DNA from: Gemmatimonadota bacterium
GTDB taxonomy: Bacteria > Latescibacterota > UBA2968 > UBA8231
Reading direction: 5' to 3'
Assembly (NCBI GenBank): GCA_038128265.1
Contig: JAYPJE010000077.1
Location: 1 to 15,519, forward strand
Length of the DNA stretch: 15,519 nt
Shown: piece after piece, positions 13,974 through 15,519 of the stretch
How positions within the stretch are numbered: position 1 is the first letter of the stretch
Layout: the number at the start of each line of letters is the position of its first letter
Translations under genes and position numbers: made by a program
Notes under the pieces: generated by a model
The model's database searches: none
What the model was told of the DNA's origin: nothing
What the model saw: the letters and a program-made list of their open reading frames with translations, nothing else

Positions 13974-15519
13974 ATGAAAAAAATCTATGTCCAATTGATG
14001 GCGCTGAGCGCTGTGTTTCTCCTGCTGAGCTGTGATCGAGAACGCAGCAATCCAATCGACCCTCAGGCCGATGTGCTCGTGCTGCGACCGGACACGCCGG
14101 CGGGGCTGCAAATTCAGCCGGGTGTCGGACGCATTCTGCTGGGGTGGCAGGCCGTGGACGCAGCCGATCTGGCCGGTTATGCCGTATTTCGCGCCGCGCA
14201 GTCCAATGGAACCTACGCCTTCGTATCGGGCGACGGCGATAGCACGCTGCAGATTACCACGGGCAAAGTGAGCTTCATCGACTCCCTCGACGCGCCAGGG
14301 CAGACGTTTTTCTATCGGATCGCCGCCGTCGATACGACCGGTCTACTTAGCGAGTTGTCGAACTTTGTCGGCGCCACCATCATCGAAGACATAGTACCAC
14401 CCGAGCCGCCGACCAATCTGTCGGTCGTGGCCGACGACGCCGAGGCCGGACGCATTGTCGTGCGCTGGACGCTGCCGCGCACCGATGTGGGAGGCGGTGC
14501 GCTAACCGGTTTGGCGGGTTTTGTCCTGTTCCGCGCCGAGGGCGATCAGGGCTACGTCCCGATTGATACGCTGGGTGCCGACGTGCAGAGCTATACGGAC
14601 GAGGGGCTCAAAGCGTTGACCACCTATGCCTACCGAATTCTATCCTTCGATGCGAAGGGTAATAAAAGTCAGCTGACGGTGCCGCAGCAGGCCAGCACGC
14701 TCGGTCTGCCCACGCCGGCAAATGTCGTAGCGACGGGCGCTATCGGCCGCATTGAGGTGCACTGGAACAGCGTCGACGACAGCGAATTGCTCGGCTACAG
14801 CATTTATCGCTCGGTGCGTTCAGACCAGGGATATGAAATGTTGCCGAGCTTAGAAGGCACGCAGTTTACCACTGGACTAACGGCCTATGTCGATTCGGGC
14901 ATGGTCGGCGGCGAGAGTTATTTCTACAAAGTGCAGGCCATAGGTCGCGGTGCCTTGGTCAGCGAACTATCTGTTTTCGTCGGTGCTACGGCCCTGGTCG
15001 ACGAGGTAGCACCGGCCGCGCCGCAAAACGTGTCGGCGGTAGCCGACGAGGCCGACTTTGGTCGGGTAACGGTCAGTTGGAATGCCTCGACGGCCGACGC
15101 CGGTGGCGGTCAGCTAACGGGGCTGAACGGCTACTCGGTCTTTCGCTCGAAGGGCAGCACCAACTCGTTTCAGCTGGTGGCGACAGTGGATTCGAATACG
15201 CGCCAGTACGTGGATGCCGGGCTGGACGAGCTGACGACGTATTACTACACGGTGACGGCCGTCGATGGAGTGGGCAACGAGAGTGCGCGCGCCGTTTCGG
15301 TGCAGGTGCGCACCGAGGGAGCCGATCAGGTGGCGCCGGCCGCGCCGCAAAACGTGTCGGCGGTGGCCGATGAAGCCGACTTTGGTCGCGTTACTCTAAA
15401 CTGGAATGCGCCGTCTAGGGATGCCGATGGTGGCGATCTAACGGGGCTGAACGGCTATTCGGTGTTTCGCTCGAAGGGCAGCACCAACTCGTTTCAGCTG
15501 GTGGCGACGGTGGATTCGA
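13974..15519 (+). CDS. 3'-truncated lipoprotein with tandem fibronectin type III domains (at least 5)
   Basis: Absent from the ORF track because there is no stop in the window. My translation from ATG 13974 gives MKKIYVQLMALSAVFLLLS-C20-DRERSNPIDP (lipobox LLSC). Repeated FN3 signatures follow: P..P.NL/V..., V.W, GY.V/IFR, Y.D.GL, Y.Y.V.AVD..GNES. Confidence 0.88.
   Translation, partial: MKKIYVQLMALSAVFLLLSCDRERSNPIDPQADVLVLRPDTPAGLQIQPGVGRILLGWQAVDAADLAGYAVFRAAQSNGTYAFVSGDGDSTLQITTGKVSFIDSLDAPGQTFFYRIAAVDTTGLLSELSNFVGATIIEDIVPPEPPTNLSVVADDAEAGRIVVRWTLPRTDVGGGALTGLAGFVLFRAEGDQGYVPIDTLGADVQSYTDEGLKALTTYAYRILSFDAKGNKSQLTVPQQASTLGLPTPANVVATGAIGRIEVHWNSVDDSELLGYSIYRSVRSDQGYEMLPSLEGTQFTTGLTAYVDSGMVGGESYFYKVQAIGRGALVSELSVFVGATALVDEVAPAAPQNVSAVADEADFGRVTVSWNASTADAGGGQLTGLNGYSVFRSKGSTNSFQLVATVDSNTRQYVDAGLDELTTYYYTVTAVDGVGNESARAVSVQVRTEGADQVAPAAPQNVSAVADEADFGRVTLNWNAPSRDADGGDLTGLNGYSVFRSKGSTNSFQLVATVDS
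15000..15519 (+). repeat. Intragenic direct repeat with a 324-nt (108-codon) period, encoding FN3 domains
   Basis: 'ccgcaaaacgtgtcggcggt' occurs at 15021 and 15345. A 44-nt identical block 'tttcgctcgaagggcagcaccaactcgtttcagctggtggcgac' occurs at 15141 and 15465. Confidence 0.92.

Noticed and set aside
14032..15373. Short ORFs at 14032, 15077 and 15114
   Set aside because: They are off-frame or antisense to the continuous FN3 lipoprotein frame that starts at 13974.
15000..15519. Direct repeats as a CRISPR array or mobile-element ends
   Set aside because: The period is 324 nt and in frame, with synonymous differences. It is a protein domain repeat with no spacers or cas/transposase genes.

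Overview
GC-rich bacterial chromosomal window of mostly core and envelope genes. I found no mobile elements, CRISPR arrays or RNA genes. The + strand (1-5663) carries an envelope operon: a 5'-truncated peptidase-MA-like/PD40 (TolB-like) propeller/Omp85-like barrel protein, two paralogous DUF5683-like proteins, and a secreted HEXXH metallopeptidase with a T9SS type-A/FlgD-Ig-like C-terminal domain. The - strand carries folB-folK-panC, a PorV-like gene-era-purD run, and lexA-glycerate kinase. A stand-alone 97-aa Q/R/E/A-rich gene (7592-7885) has its own promoter, RBS and hairpin. Divergent from lexA are a small exported protein and a 3'-truncated fibronectin-III-repeat lipoprotein (13974->end) that the ORF track missed. 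The PorV-like gene and the CTD-bearing protein suggest an FCB-group organism such as Latescibacterota (inference). Main leads: (i) related palindromes (TKMAC-N4-GTKMA) sit in the -35/-10 spacers of both the lexA promoter and the divergent surface-protein promoter, suggesting a new SOS box and an unusual regulon; (ii) three small exported helical-hairpin proteins with beta-strand-like C-termini lie beside an Omp85-like fusion and T9SS-like parts; (iii) the orphan small protein ends in a GxxxDxxA motif.
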